From Leucoraja ocellata (lineage: Eukaryota): a stretch of DNA of 64,000 bases. The position numbers and the translations under genes are program-made. The notes beneath the pieces are model-generated. The model worked only from the letters and a program-made list of their open reading frames with translations. It was not told where the DNA came from and searched no databases. How positions within the stretch are numbered: position 1 is the stretch's first letter; each line of letters opens with the position of its first letter. Positions 50,001 through 64,000 of the stretch are shown here, piece after piece. Location: NCBI GenBank assembly GCA_036785375.1, contig JAWMAR010000779.1:558001-622000 (forward strand). Reading direction: 5' to 3'.

Positions 50001-53000
50001 GCAAGCTCTCAGACTCCTGTGCTCGTTGCATCAGTTTAGCCACCTGGGAGAATTAAAGCACAATAAATGAGAAGTGCTGAACAAGATTTGAACTGCAATC
50101 AGACCTACTGCAATCAGGTCATTATTATTCTACTTATACACACACCTCAGTTTAAAAACATTCTAGATATATATTGCACATTTTTAAAATACTCAATTAC
50201 GTACATTTATAAAATGATCTGCAAATGCATTTCAATAGACAGAAGAACAGTAACAGTGCACAGGATTGTCAGGATGGCAAGAGCTAAATAATCTAGATTA
50301 ACCTATACATTCATATGATTTCTGTACTTCTGTGCATGTTTTGGCTCTATTGCGATAAGCAATCAACATATATTCTCTGTAACAAAAGGAGAATATTCCT
50401 TTGGATAGTCTATACACCTCAAGTTTATCACAGGAAACGCCGGTACACAAATCATGTGCAGTACAGGAACAGGCCCATCAGCCCACAAACTCAGTGCTGA
50501 CCAGGATACTAATATAAATTACACACCTGCCTGCACATGGTCGACAACCCTCCATTCCTTACCTGGTCATATACATGTCCAGAGGCCTCTTGAACATTGC
50601 TATAGTATTTGCTTCCTCCTTGGCGTTTGACATATCCATCTTGGGGGAAATCTATCATATCTGTGCCTCTCTTAATTGTATATATTGTCTCAGCCTATAG
50701 CACTCGAGAAAATAAGATTGACAATTGTTTCTCCAATGCTAATTTCTATAACATGAAATTTCTTAAGAACACAACTATCACTTTTTCTAAATGAACGTTA
50801 TTCATCTTCTTGATCAGCCTACCATAAAGGACCATGCATATAAAATAAAAGCATAAAGCATGTTAACTATCCCTAATAAGTCTATGCTTTTCCAAATGTG
50901 AGCAGATCCTAAGCCTAAGAATCTTCTTCAATTATATTCCTACAACTGATGATGTTCACAGACCTATACTTTCTTGGGTTGTTCCCATTGCCCCTCTAAT
51001 GTAAGGAAACTACAGTGGCTAATCTCCAGTCCTCTGGGAGCCCAACTGTGGCAAGAGGAAACAAAACTCTGTCATGACCACAGTGATCTCCTTTCTTAAT
51101 AACCCGAGATCCCCATCAGGCCCTGGGGACATCCACATTAATGTTCTTTAGGAGACCCAGTATTTCCTCCATCTTGATATCAGCATCTCATAGAATACCT
51201 GCACCCACCTCCCCGACTTAAAGTGGATCACTACTTTAATAGTGCATAAATTACAACGTCTAATTATGTGTTCGAAGCATCTGGAGTTAGACATGAACCC
51301 ACAACCTTTGGACTCGGACAATGAGACACAACATGCAATACAGTTGTAGGTATAATCTCAACTATGCCAAGTTAACCATACAATCAAGCTGCATGAAAAA
51401 AATCCTCTGCTGGTCCCCACATCCCCCGATGCCTTTTGTTGCTATTGAGGGAGTGCAGCATAGGTTTACAAGTTTAATTCCCGGGAAGGCGGGACTGTCA
51501 TATGCTAAGAGAATGTAGCAGCTGGGTGTGTATACTCTGGAATTTAGATGACGGGGATCTTATTGAAACATAAGATTAATAAGGGTTTGGATACACTAGA
51601 GGCATGTTCCCGATGTTGGGGGAGTCCAGAACCAGGGGCCACATTTTAAGAATAAGGAGTAAGCCATTTAGAACAGAGATGAGTAAACGCTTTTTCCACA
51701 CAGAGAGTTGCGAATGTGGAATTCTCTGCCTCCAATCGGCATTGGAGGCCGATTCTCTGGACACTTTCAAGAGAGAGCTAGATAGGGCTCTTAAAGATGG
51801 CATAGTCATGGGATATGGGGAGAAGGCAGGAACGGGGTACTGATTGGGGATGATCAGCCATGATTACATTGAATGGCGGTGCTGGCTCGAAGGGCCAAAT
51901 GGCCTACTCCTGCACCTATTGTCTATTGTAATTAAAAATGTGGACATGTCCTTTTAAAAAATATTGAGCGACTTTCCCCCTACAGCCCTCTGTGGTAGTG
52001 ACTTCCACAAGTTCATCATCCTCAGACACAACATTTTTCCTCATCTCAGTTGGAAATCTACCGACTCAAGTCAGCATGTTGTACGTTTCATTTTGATTCA
52101 TCTCATTCTAAATTCTTGAGTACAACAAAGTCAACTTTACCTCTTCTCATGTGGCAGTTCTCCCATTTAAATTATTCTGGTGAACATTCACTGCAATTCC
52201 TCTAAGGCATGTATATTCTTTCTTACATTCGTACATCATAAAAACAGTATAAAATCTCCAGGTGTGGTCTCACCAAAGTCCTGCATAATTGTAGCATCAT
52301 CCTTGACCATGTACTCAAATCTTCCTGCAGTGACTGCTATTCAACTATTTACCTTAAATGCTTATTCACCCATATGCTTACTTTCAGTAAATGGTGTACA
52401 AGGATAGCCAAGTTTCTTTGGACACCAACGGTCCCCAATCTAACGCTAATGATATAATACCGCCTTTCTGGTTCTCTTATCAAAGTAGATAAAATTATCC
52501 AAATGATACTGCATCTGCCATGGTTTTGTCTACTCGTTCCATCCAAGTCGGGTTTTCATCCCCTTCAGTTAAAAAAAAAAAAAAACAGCTAATCCCTGCT
52601 GCTGAAGTTTTATTTTCCATTTCTCTTGGCAGAAAAAAAAAGTGAAAAATAATAAGATATTAGCAGGGGGATTAGGCGGGAGATAAGGAAGCACTCACCA
52701 CAGCAAAAGGTTTTTGGATGTGCACTTGGAGGGATGTGGCCCTCAGCACTACATACCTATGCTGGAAGGTAGCATTAGGCTTTATGCTTAGTTTATAGAT
52801 AAAGCATGGAAACAGGCCCTTCCGCCTATGTGGCCATGCCAATATTCAATCAACTATCCACACTAGTTCTATGTTATCAGACTTCCTAACATTAGGGGCA
52901 ATTTTATAGATGCCCATTAACCTACAAATCTGCACGTCTTTGGGATGTGGAAGAAAACCAGAGCACCTGGAGAAACTCGGATAGTCATAAGGAAAACAAA

Positions 53001-56000
53001 CAAATTCCACACAGAGAGCAGCCGAGGTCTGGATCGAAACCAGGTATCTGGTGCTGTGGGACAGCCTCCCAACCAATTGTGCCACTGTGCTGCTTTTGAA
53101 TGAAGAGCAAAGACATCAGGCTGAAATTTGCATTTTTCTTCTACAATTCTCTCAGCCCTAGCAGAAGTATCCTTGGCCCAACCATCATCAACTGTTCCAT
53201 CAATTATCATAGGATATCATTGTGCACTGATGATTGGAGTAATAGCCAATGCTATTCACAGCTCCCCAAATAATGACACAGCCACAACATAATGAGATTA
53301 CATAACTAATTCAGAATCTGAGGCTAACACCTTGCCTCCCAATTTCACAAAATATTTCAGTCACCTACAAGATCAATATGTGATGATGAAACACTTGATG
53401 GAAAAGTGTGATGGAACATTTTTGTCTTGTCCAAATGCGAGCAGCCCCAAAATCCAGGGCAGAGCAGCCCATTTAAATGGCACCCTGTCCACCATCCTAA
53501 ACATTCACTCAACCCATGGCGCTTAATGGGCTATTGCATGTACCCATCTACTAGATGTACTGCAGCAACTCATCAAATTGTGGACATCTCCTATACTGCC
53601 TCTGATGTACTAGAAAAACACCACATTCAACAGTTCCTGGAACTTTCTTTTGCTAATTATTTGGTTCTGAGTATTTGTTAAGGTGATAGCCAAGTACCCA
53701 ACTAGATTGTACTTAACAATACAGCTTCCATACAACAAATCTTTTAAAATAGCCATAATTTAAAACTGTAAATCACCAGTTCAATATATAAATGCACCCA
53801 AGTACAGTGGTGCCTGGCTCGGCAATGATTCGTTATTGGCCGCCCGTTTGAAAACTAACAGATACTAATAGGCAGACACAAAATGCTGGAGTAACTCAGC
53901 AGGTCAAGCAGCATCTCTGGTGAGAAGGAATGGCCAACGTTTCAGGTCGAGACCCTTCTTCAGACTGATGTGAGGGGAGGGGGAGGGACAAAGATAGACA
54001 ATGTGTGCTGCCGTGCCATGAATTCCTTTCCTTTGGTGACATTCCCCCAGCAATGTATTAGCCACAGCTCAGTTATGGAGACGCTGCCCGAGAGGACAGG
54101 CGTTGGATGAGTATGGGTAAACAGTGCAGCCATGGTCTGCACAGTGAGTGCTGCCTTTACTGGGGATAGGCAGCAGCTCCTCTGTTGACAGAATACCTGG
54201 ATCCCAAAGGGTGTCTCTGCTTTGTTTGACTGCACAGCACTCATAGGCCATGGGATTATACAATGGCTGTAAGCTCAAACCATAGAGAAATCTCAAAATC
54301 TTGAAATCAGAGATGTTCACATTTAAAAAAAAAGGCAAAGCTTAGAAGCATACAGATGAACGGCGTACATGAATAAAGGTTTCAGCATGGTGGGCCAAAG
54401 GGCGCGTTATATTCAGTTCAACACTAGAACAGCTGCATAACAAAACAAGTCATGGGGGGGGAGACAGCAGCTTCGGTCAGAGGGAGTCTACTGGATCATG
54501 GCAGACTAACACTTGGTGCAGGTGCTGCCAGTTTCCAGATTGGCTTGAACTCATTGTGCTAAAATCCCAACATCTCAGTACTAAACAGCTCTCACAACTC
54601 ATCGTAGCCAACCACGCTAGCCTTTTCAGAAGCTTCTCAACACTGGCCGATTTATTGCTGGGGAGCACCCGTTTCCTATATATAATGCTGTAATGAACCC
54701 TTTCAGTACAGATTTCATTAGCACTCGCCCCTGGGAGTGCATCCAGTATGCTATGTGTGTATCGGTATTAGAAATGTTGTGGCCACAGCTACCTGGTTAC
54801 TTGTATCATCAGAGTTCTGTTTGACATAAACCTCCAACTCCTGCTTCTCCTTCATTGTTCTCTCCAGCTGTTCATTAGCTTGTCGTAGCATCACTTGTAG
54901 CTTCTTCACCTGCAGAATTATTAACCAGACAGATATATCAGAAGGACTCTAGAGTGTGGGAACAGCAAGAGCTGTTAACATTTTTAAGCACAATTTATGC
55001 TGAGGAACGAGGAGACAGTGCTGATCTAACAGAATTCAAATATTTGATATTTTCTACAGAAGCATCTTGTTTGGGTTTCTTTACTTGTATACCAGACGTC
55101 TGGACTAATGATCCAGATACAAGTTCCAAACCTGTTTATCGTTAACTGATCGAACTGGCATTAAAATTTGCTCTGCTCCATTATGTTTTTATGGGGAGAA
55201 AATCTATTCCCTTACCTCGTACAGCCAAAGTGCAACAATATTTTAAGCGATTTGGCCAACTCTTAAATGCCCTAATATGATGATGCAGTAACTCCAGAGT
55301 AGCCACTTGGCTATTGAATATTGGCTTTGCCAGCATTATCCACACATCTTTTTCAACTTAAAAAAAAATACTTTTAGAGATATGAAAACATGCAAAATAC
55401 ACACAAGAGAAATAGGCACAGAGTGATAACAAAAGCACACGAAGACGAGGAACATAAAGTACATAAAATACTCTTCAGTCTGTGGGCATTTACAACAATG
55501 CAACAGAAAGAATATGCATGAGTTACAAGCGAAGAATATGGAGACCGAGGGAAGTACAAAAAAATTAAATTAGATGCATAAATCCTCACTTTAAGGGGAA
55601 GAGGCAAATCAGTACATATGGAAGACAAGAAGTAGGATGGGCTAAAGCCCGTGTCAAGTAGAAGTACTGGCATTGATTGATCTATTGGACTATTTGTACG
55701 TCTTCCATGCAGTTCTGTTAACATATCTCACAACATGGTTACAGAACATGGAGCTTTCAAAACTTCCAGTAGCATGTCTGTGGAATTCTCTGCCTCAGAG
55801 GGCAGTGGAGGCAGGTTCTCTGGATGCTTTCAAGAGAGAGCTAGATAGGGCTATTAAATATAGCGGAGTCAGAGGATATGGGGAGAAGGCAGGAACGGGG
55901 TACTGATTGGGGATGATTAGACATGATCACATTGAATGGCGATGCTGGCTCGAAGGGCCAAATGGCCTTCTCCTGCACCCATTGTCTATTGAGCTTGCAA

Positions 56001-59000
56001 AGCAAAGCAAAGCAAAGCAAATTTCAACCCGACACTGATGTAGCAAACATGACATTCCTTCAACTTAGTATTGGAAACAATTTGAGCACTATGTCAAATC
56101 AAAAATAAAACAACGTGCTTTAGGAGGATATCCTGGTCATTCAAAAGATGTGCCAAAAACAAAATCCCATATGCACTGGATAAGCTACATTTTGTACTAG
56201 GACACAATGACCAAATTTACAACAGGTGAAGTAAAAGCACTCAGAATAAATGTGCATCGATCTTCCACCCAAATCAGAAAATACACCTACAACGTCCCAT
56301 TCCAATTAAGTTTAAGTGTATGATTAGATGTAATATTCGCCTGACTGAGCTCATCTTCTAGCCCACACAAAACCACAGTACACAGATTGGAAATCATAGC
56401 ACTATTTCTCTCTGGAAAGTGTTAGTTAATATGTGGAGCAGCTCCAGCATTTTCTATTTTCCTTTCAAAACTCAACGGTTACTTGTAGTTTCAAGATCAA
56501 AGCACTTCTGTAGCATCTGATCACCAAGATGTCAGAGAACTGCAGACAGCCATTGAAACTATAATCTTAAATAGTGAACTGTTTTGAAGTAATGTCTTTG
56601 CACCGTTAACCCAATGGTTTTAACCTGCGACAACATGACAGAGCTCACGTCTGTAGTCATGTTGAATTGCAGAGATAGAAAACAAAATCAAAGGAATAAG
56701 AAAATGCTTGAGAATAGCTGTTGAAGATACAATAGATTTACCAGAAAGGGAGCACATCTCAGGAACCAGGGAACAAAATGCAGCAAAACAACAAATTAGT
56801 TCTTGTTGGATGATCAGCCATGATCATATTGAATGGCGGTGCAGGCTCGAAGGGCCAAATGGCCTACTCCTGCACCTATTTTCTATGTTTCTATGTTAAT
56901 GCCATAGGTAAACTAGATTCATACAACTCTGCTGAGTTCCACAATGTCTATTTCTGGTGTCTTACACATCCCAAATCAAGTGTGCAGCCATTTAATCGTA
57001 ACGGCTTTGGATCTGAATGTCCTATTATTATCATCTTTTTTTTTCTACAAGATAGAAACATAGAAAATAGGTGCAGATGTAGGCCATTTGGCCCTTCGAG
57101 ACAGCACCACCATTCATAATGATCATGGCTGATCATGTAAAATCAGCACCCCGTTCTTGCTTTCTCCCCATATCCATTGATCACGTTAGCCTTAAAAGCT
57201 ATATCCAACTCTCTTGAAAACATCTAATGATTTGGCCTCCACTGCCTTCTGTGGCAGAGAATTCCACAGATTCACAACTCTCTAGGTGACTGGAACGCTT
57301 AGTCCGAAATAGCCTAATTCTTGAAGTCCTGAATGGCCTACCCCTTATTGTTAAGATGCACCTTAATCCCTCTTTCTAGAAATCTTGCAATTTTCCCTCT
57401 CTTGTATTTTGTTTAAAATCACTCAACCCATTTTAAAAAATGTCTTTATCATCTTTTCCTCTGTATTTCTTTTAGACCCAATTCATCCCACTTTCTTCCA
57501 TCATTCCCAGATGCTTTTTCCTTTTTCTTAAATTTTATTGATTAGTGATCAAACTTGATTGTCAGACAGTTTTGGTATCCCGTTGGCCTCGCCTCTCTAA
57601 TCAGCTGACAGTTCACCAATAAAACAGGCAAGGTAAAATACAATTCACTGCCAGATGGCCGTCAGGTAATTTCTTTACAGATATTTCACAGGTAGATTCA
57701 AGTGAAAAGTTGTCACCAAAAATGCAACTTTCTGGATAAAACACTAGGCCAAGGTAAAATCGACTAAATCTGATGGATGTGAAAGATTCCATGATATTTT
57801 CCTCAAAAGCAAGGAAATACCCATGCCAATATTTATTCTTCCACATTGCTGAAAAGATTATCTAGTCATTATCACATTGTTGGTTGTGTGCACATATATT
57901 GGTTACCAATTTCTTCAAGAAAATAAGTCTTTAGGAAATTAAGTATTAAAGCACTCAAATTCTTGACAATATTTTTTTTCTCTTTAAATAATTTAATCGT
58001 TTGTTATTTTTTTTTGTTATAAGGAGATGATGAGTTGACCAAGTGGCATACGATCAAACTTTAGAGCTGCATCTTAGTGAAGTTATGTGAAGATATTGTA
58101 TGTAATGTTGCAGACTTTCAATATTGAGAAATAATTTGGGAGAAATTAAATCAGGGATAGATTAAGCAAAACAATTGCAAGTCTAAAATAAAATAACACA
58201 CCCAAAGTTTTCTCAAAACAGAAAATACAAAATCACCAGGATTGATTCCCAAACTGCATGATAGTTTCAACTGTTAGCCCCAAGAAAGAATGTCCATTTA
58301 TTTCTGCATTATTAGAATCTTTTTTAATTAAGATTCCCATCTGAAATTAGCACCAAAGTATAGATTTTAGAATGTAAACATTTCCTTTTCAAATCACATA
58401 TGGTTAACTGAATTGTTCAGAAATAAATATCCTGAAATCTCACCTGATCCCGGGTCTCTGCTTCCTGCACTTGGATTCCTTGTAGTTGCTTCTCATAATT
58501 TGAACACATATCACAGCGACGGCCTAATTTGTTTCCAGCATTCTGCACCTGCAAGCAAATGCCACGCGATGAACACAACGGAGAACGGATAGCATGCAAA
58601 TATAGACATAACACAGAATAAAAATATTTCTATTTTGAAAAATTGATTCATCTTGGAGAAACTTCTTTTTTCCCCATCTGATCTTATATTAGATTAAGAA
58701 CCAGGAACACGAGAAGGCATTTGGCCCTCTGAGAATTTTCAACAAGATCGTGGCTGAACTTTCACCTCAACTGTTTTTCTTTTCCTGCACCATGCTCACA
58801 TTTCTCATGTCTTTCGATGGAACATGGAGAGAATAAAATGGTTAAATAGCATCAGCAAGCCTATTTACAATTGTAGCCAATAAACAGACATCTGTATTCT
58901 TGTACTCTAATCCTCTGGCAACATTCCAATGGTGTAGTTTAGAAAGGAGTTTGCAAGTTGTGCTCGCCCAGGATCTGCTTCTTGATGGGCGAGATCTTGG

Positions 59001-62000
59001 GTTTGATTGTATTTTCTGTTTTCTCGCATAATTATTTAATTGTTCACCAACATTCACGATCATACAAAAATCCAGTGAACACACACAGGATCATGTGAAC
59101 CAACATGAGGGCTAAACTTTGACTTCTTCCTAAGTAATCTAGTTTGCTGATCTATCTACCCATGAAGAAAGCTACACTGTTATGTTAACTACATTTTTTG
59201 CAAAGATACAAACTTAGTTTTGACAGCTCAGAACTGGTCATCCATGAAGTATCAGCAGAAATGTATACTATCACAACCTATAACCTAATATATCCCCAAC
59301 TCTTGGTGTAGTATCTGGCGTTACTCAAAAATAAGGTGGCAGCTGATGGAAAGGTGCAGCAAGGGCTACGTGCCCACTGAACTGAAGACAGCATACAATA
59401 AACAGTGCAAAGCAATCACACTGCAAATGGATCAGTCAATGCCAGTCAGTCCCATTATATCCAGTCATGAATGTTGGTGGACAATTAAATCGTTTTTGCG
59501 AGAAGGCAATTCCAAGATCCCGATCCACAATGGTGACAGTTGGGTCAAGCAAATGAATGCCAAAGATCAAGTTAAAGCATTTGCAACCAAAACCAATAGA
59601 AATGCTAAATGGTTAATTCATCTCTGCTTCCTACTGAAATCACCACCACCGCAGCCCAAGAACAAGGAGAAATAGATAGCACTGCATTTATTCCAGCTAT
59701 TCCAACAATACAATCAAACCCAAGATCTCTCCCATCAAGAAGCAGATCCAGGGTGAGTACAACTTGCAAGCTCCCTTCTAAACTACACACATGACCTGTA
59801 AATATATTGCTGTTCTTTCAAAACGGCTGGTTCAATATCTCCAAATTCCGTACTCAACAACACTGTCAGTAGATTCAGTATTTCACCTCCACCATATCAG
59901 GGCAAATTAGGGATTGGCAGTAAATGCTTGTCTTACCCGAGATACCTACATCCTAGCTTTATTGTAAACCTAGGCATTTTTTTAAATAGTTAAGACCAAG
60001 GAAATAAAGCAATATAACAGAGAACTTAAGACAGTTCACAATGAGATTGCAGACAGTGCACAGTGAAATTTTATCCACTTATCTTCTGAACTTTTGATAA
60101 CAGCACAACTACATGTTTGCATACAAGGTTCTCACCTCTTGTTGAAGTAAATTCCATTCTTTTTCACTGACCATTCTGTATCCACTAGGGGCACTATCCA
60201 CCACCTGTGTAAGACTTGACAAAAGGGATGCAGTCTCCTCTTGTTCTGGTGTGAGTGCTTTAATTGCTTTTTCTTGATCTTTGGTCAATATGAAGGAACC
60301 AGACATCTGGAAAGAGCCAACCGAAACCGTATCAAAATTCTCAGAAACAGAGTCTGCTCCAACCAAAGGTCCAAAGTCCGACTCATCCAGATTTCCTGCA
60401 GATTTTGCTTTATGTCCGTAGCCTAAACTCTTTGACTGCAAGGAACCAGAAGTACCCAGACTGTCAGTGGACTGCACCCTTCTTAAGCCCTCACGAAATA
60501 ACTCACTGTCTTGTTTAGCAGAAGGACCTGCAAGCGACGTCGACAGATCAGAATCCAAGGAGTGTACTGACCCGTGGATGCTATTTCCATAAAGCTAGAA
60601 AAAAGAAACAAAATTAATTTGAAAACATGTATATTTTAAAATCACACGTTTTATCCAAGTGAGATTAATGGCATATTTTACCTTTCCACTGTCAATTTGT
60701 GAATATCCATTTTAGGACAGGAAATAACGTATTTGCCATATTCAACATACAGGACACAGATGCTCCTAGACTTATGCTTCGACTTTACGATGGTGCAAAA
60801 GCGATACACATTCAATAGAAACCATACTTTGAATTTTGATCTTTTCCAGGGCTAGCGATATGTGGTACGATACTCTCTCGATCACGAGTGTAAACAACCA
60901 ATATTTTACAGTGTACTGTGCTGCCAGCGGGTTTTGGATACAGCATATTGTGTTTTGTGTTTTTGCATCCCATCATGTCTGCAAATATTTGGTAGGTTAG
61001 GTGTATTAAATGCATTTCAACTTGCGTTATTTTCGATTTACGATGGGTTTATCAGAACGTAACCCCATTGTAAATTGAGGAGCACATGTACTACTGTGGC
61101 TCAGTAGTAGCTCTCTTGACCTTGTTCTGTTGGAGGTCAAATTCCAATGAAAACAAATAGGTAATGATATTTCAATACACTTAATTGTGTACTTCAAGAG
61201 CATCTGAAAATAGGAATTGTACTTCAAGCCTGCTCAATTTGTAATAAAGGTTGCTGAACCTTTGAAACCTTTAATCCAGTACCTCAAGTCCACTATCCTT
61301 CAATTCCGTTGGTAACTAAAATCTATCAATCTCAGCCCCGAACATATCAAGCAGCTGAGCCTCACAGTCCTCTGGATTGGAACTTCTAAAAGGTTTACTT
61401 CTGAATAGGAAAGTTATCATCCCAGTCCAAAATGAGAGACCCTTCTCTGAAGATCATAGTCCTGATTCACTGTGCACTAATGCAGAATCAGTCTGACAGT
61501 AATTAACTTATTAATCCATAATTTCTATCTCAAAGGGATCACCTCACATTCTTCAACACCTGTTAGCATAGGCCAATTTTACTCGCTCTATTTTTATACA
61601 ACAACCCCATTAACCAAACAAATAAATATGACGTTATAAACAAAGTACTAAAAATACTCAGCTGGTCAGGCTACATTTTTGTAGAGGGAAAAATGTGGTC
61701 CGACCAGCTGAATATTTCTAGCTAATGGTTTTTATTTCAGATTTCCAACGTCTGCAACCATTTGATTCTTAATGGGCACAGTGCCATATTTTTGGATAAT
61801 ATATTAGCTCAAGGCCTTAAATTGGATAAGGTGATGAGTATTCTACTGCATATAACTATACAAGCCAGTTGCTACTATGTCTTTCACAGAGACCCCACCT
61901 ATTTCCTATACCAACACTCTCTTCCACTGTGCAGAACCTGCCCTCATCAACAATTTCTCTTTCGACTCCTCTCAATCTGAAGAAAGGTCCAGACCCAAAA

Positions 62001-63239
62001 CATCACCTATCCATTTTCTCCAGACGAATGCTGCCTGACCCACTGAGTTACTCCAGCATTTTATGTCTCCCTTTGCTATTATAAATCCTTTGTTAACTCA
62101 GTCTATTTGTCAATTTAAAGACTATGGCATATTGTTGTCTTGTGAGCAGCACGTGACCCCATTCTGTCCTCAGCAATCATCAATAGATGTCTTTCCACCT
62201 TAAGTTGATATGCAGCAATTAGAAAGAGTCTACAATCACAGTTTCACATCTTCTGCCCTATTTTAAGTCTGAGCTTGTCAGTAATACTCAACCACAAACA
62301 TAGCCAGTATCAGTTGATTTCTCTTGAGATAGCAAACTTCATTTTCTCACGTGTTGCACTCATTCTATCCATATGTTCTATCCCTCCAACATTAATAAGA
62401 ATTCCAATTATAATGGTCCAGATTGCACTGGGTTCTGCCTGCCATCTGAACTCATTGCCCATTCTGCCCACCCACATCAACCTGTCACAGGTGTGAAGAA
62501 TTGGCTAAACTGACCTCTACTTGAGAGCTTTTCCAAAACCTAGTGCATTGCAAATAGTAACTTGGCTTCAAACAACATATTCCAAGCCCTGCACCTGGAA
62601 CACCTTGATGACCTTTTGGCAGCCTCTGAACAGCGTGATTGATAGACTTTAAAACATCTCTGACTACGTAGACTTAAATTCAAAGATAATCAACATAGAA
62701 TACTTAAGGATAAATAGGAGATACTGAAAATTCATTAAAACATTAACTAATACTGGTTATATAAAAACATCACGTACTTGCCTTTTAACTTAGGATCAGC
62801 ACCCCAATTCAAATGAGCAGGCTTGAGCATCTAATGCTATCCCTGGCATTAATTGGACGGGCCAGATAAACATAGAACCAGGACCCTCTCCACAGGATGC
62901 CAGCGGCAAATCCAGCAGTGGAGCAAGAGGTCACATGCTTACATCAGTCAAGTCAACAGGGAGAATAGAGATTCAAGTTCTCTTTAGAACTGCAGGCTAA
63001 AGGCATGCATGATCTAGCCCAACTACTGGCAGCATTCTAGAACAACCTGGAAACTCCCAAAAATTAGACATTGTTGTAAATGTTCACGTTACAAAACCGA
63101 CCTCCTCATCAGGTAAAGTGTGGAGGGATTTGATAGGAGATTCCGCACGTGGCTGGGAGTTCATTATCGATATTTCTTCCTCAGTACCAGGCGATTTCTT
63201 CTCTTTCACTTTGCTGAGGTTCCTCTGTTCGTCTTCAGC
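35075..63239 (-). CDS. RABEP1: Rab GTPase-binding effector protein 1 (rabaptin-5), last 11 coding exons; 5' exons lie right of the window
   Basis: Minus-strand exons 63102-63239, 60136-60594 (QSTDSLGTSGSLQSK, DESDFGPLVGADSVSENFD with the FGPLV GAE-binding motif), 58444-58548 (RRCDMCSNYEKQLQ), 54793-54909, 49945-50043, 49331-49471, 48626-48815 (EEKLKAEILFLKEQIQAEQ), 44281-44336, 39845-39943, 36784-36900 (LDVSEQVQRDFVKLSQTLQ), 35075-35176 (VQLERIRQA...TDINQLPET*). All GT-AG with compatible phases. Confidence 0.95.
35322..35347 (+). repeat. Poly(G)26 tract
   Basis: Uninterrupted G run in the last RABEP1 intron. Confidence 0.9.
38150..38340. repeat. Degenerate minisatellite of about 40-bp period
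   Basis: Recurrent TCTGTCACTGTATAACACTGGGG..AGTA.TGGTGGGGA variants. Confidence 0.55.
40810..42260 (+). mobile_element. Old CR1 LINE fragment in a RABEP1 intron
   Basis: Degenerate RT region (VPVDWRITN, SKFVDNTKL) and CR1 3' UTR. Confidence 0.75.
43460..45250. mobile_element. Cluster of CR1 3' fragments flanking RABEP1 exon 44281-44336
   Basis: CR1 tail motifs at about 43460-43600 (-), 43630-44100 (+) and 44680-45250 (+). Boundaries are approximate. Confidence 0.55.
51440..51930 (+). mobile_element. CR1 LINE 3' end
   Basis: AIEGVQHRFTSLIPG, GESRTRGH, then tail ...CTACTCCTGCACCTATTGTCTATTG. Same family as 2686-3200. Confidence 0.85.
52790..53092 (-). mobile_element. HE1-like SINE
   Basis: Minus strand starts GCAGCACAGTGGCACA, with central GTGGAATTTG..TTCC and tail CCTGTTTCCATGCTTTATCT. 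Confidence 0.7.
53872..53970 (-). mobile_element. Penelope-derived short element with the best-preserved hammerhead-like core
   Basis: Minus strand CTGAAGA-AGGGTCTCGACCT-GAAACGTT followed by the family tail GCTGAGTTACTCCAGCATTTTGTGT. Confidence 0.65.
55775..57345. mobile_element. Three short CR1 3' ends (about 55775-55990 +, 56806-56897 +, 57050-57345 -)
   Basis: Shared tail GATCAGCCATGATCACATTGAATGGCGGTGCTGGCTCGAAGGGCC. Confidence 0.75.
60757..61088. mobile_element. Tc1/mariner pogo/Tigger-type MITE resembling MER47/Tigger5
   Basis: TIRs CAGATGCTCCTAGACTTA and TAAATTGAGGAGCACATG followed by TA. The internal sequence resembles my recollection of the MER47 consensus. Confidence 0.7.
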
Positions 63240-64000
63240 CTGAAATAGGGTTTCTTTTTTAAATATCAGAATACTTTTGCTCTCAGGATGTTTTTAACAA
63301 GATCCCACTAAGAACAATTTACATTTTCACATTATAACCTGCAAATAGTTTCTGTACAAACCTCATGAAAGTAGTAGCACAAGCAAAAAAATTGCACCTC
63401 CATATCTGCTATACTTATGAACTAATTAGATAGATATAAAAATACTACAAAAGCACTGCATGATGCCTCCTACATCAGGGAAGAGGGGAAATAACAGAGG
63501 CCCTGACCATAATCTTTGAAACGTCATTGTTTGAGATCCAGCCCAGTACAGTGGTGTCATTTTCAAACTTGTAAATGGAGTTTAAGCAGAATTTGGCTAC
63601 AGAGACACAAGGGTAAAAGGAAGTATAGGAAGGTGCTGAGAAGTGTGTTCAGAATTATCGTGCATCCACAATGATCGTGGTCTATGGGTCACAATGAGAA
63701 GGAATTCAGTTACAGAGAGGGGTGCTAACTATTCTGTCCAGGAGTTTAGAGATGATTTTGATTGGGATCATGATGTTGAAAATAAGCTATGTTGAAAAGA
63801 GCTAGTCAATATACGGGAGTCTGATATAGTGTCATTATCTAGATGTTCCAACAATGAATGTAGGGCCAGGGAGATGGCGTCAGCCATGGACCTGTTGTGA
63901 CAGGAGGCAATATGCAGTGGATCAAGACCATCTAGGTAGGAGGCTGGAGTTAATGCGCAACCTCACAAAGCACTGCATGATGTTGGAAGGATACCCACTG

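Noticed and set aside
35075-63239. RABEP2 instead of RABEP1
   Set aside because: The DFGPLV exon and the TDINQLPET* terminus match my recollection of RABEP1.

Overview
Intron-rich vertebrate genomic DNA, most likely from a cartilaginous fish (skate/ray type), judged from HE1-like SINEs, CR1 LINEs, Rex1/Babar fragments and Penelope-derived repeats. The left half (1-34639) is a head-to-tail tandem array of at least three near-identical Aurora kinase B genes on the + strand. It holds one partial copy (exons 7-8) and two complete 8-coding-exon copies that each splice to an intact 362-aa ORF with their own CCAAT/CHR cell-cycle promoter. Each repeat unit also carries an orphan piece of the neighbouring gene's 3' UTR. 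The right half holds the last 11 coding exons of RABEP1 (rabaptin-5) on the - strand, convergent with the array. The copies differ by private transposon insertions and deletions and mostly by non-synonymous substitutions. All share unusual substitutions at otherwise conserved Aurora B positions, for example Ala at the human Ser331-equivalent site. All alignments were done by eye, and repeat-family names and comparisons with human proteins come from recalled sequences, not database searches.
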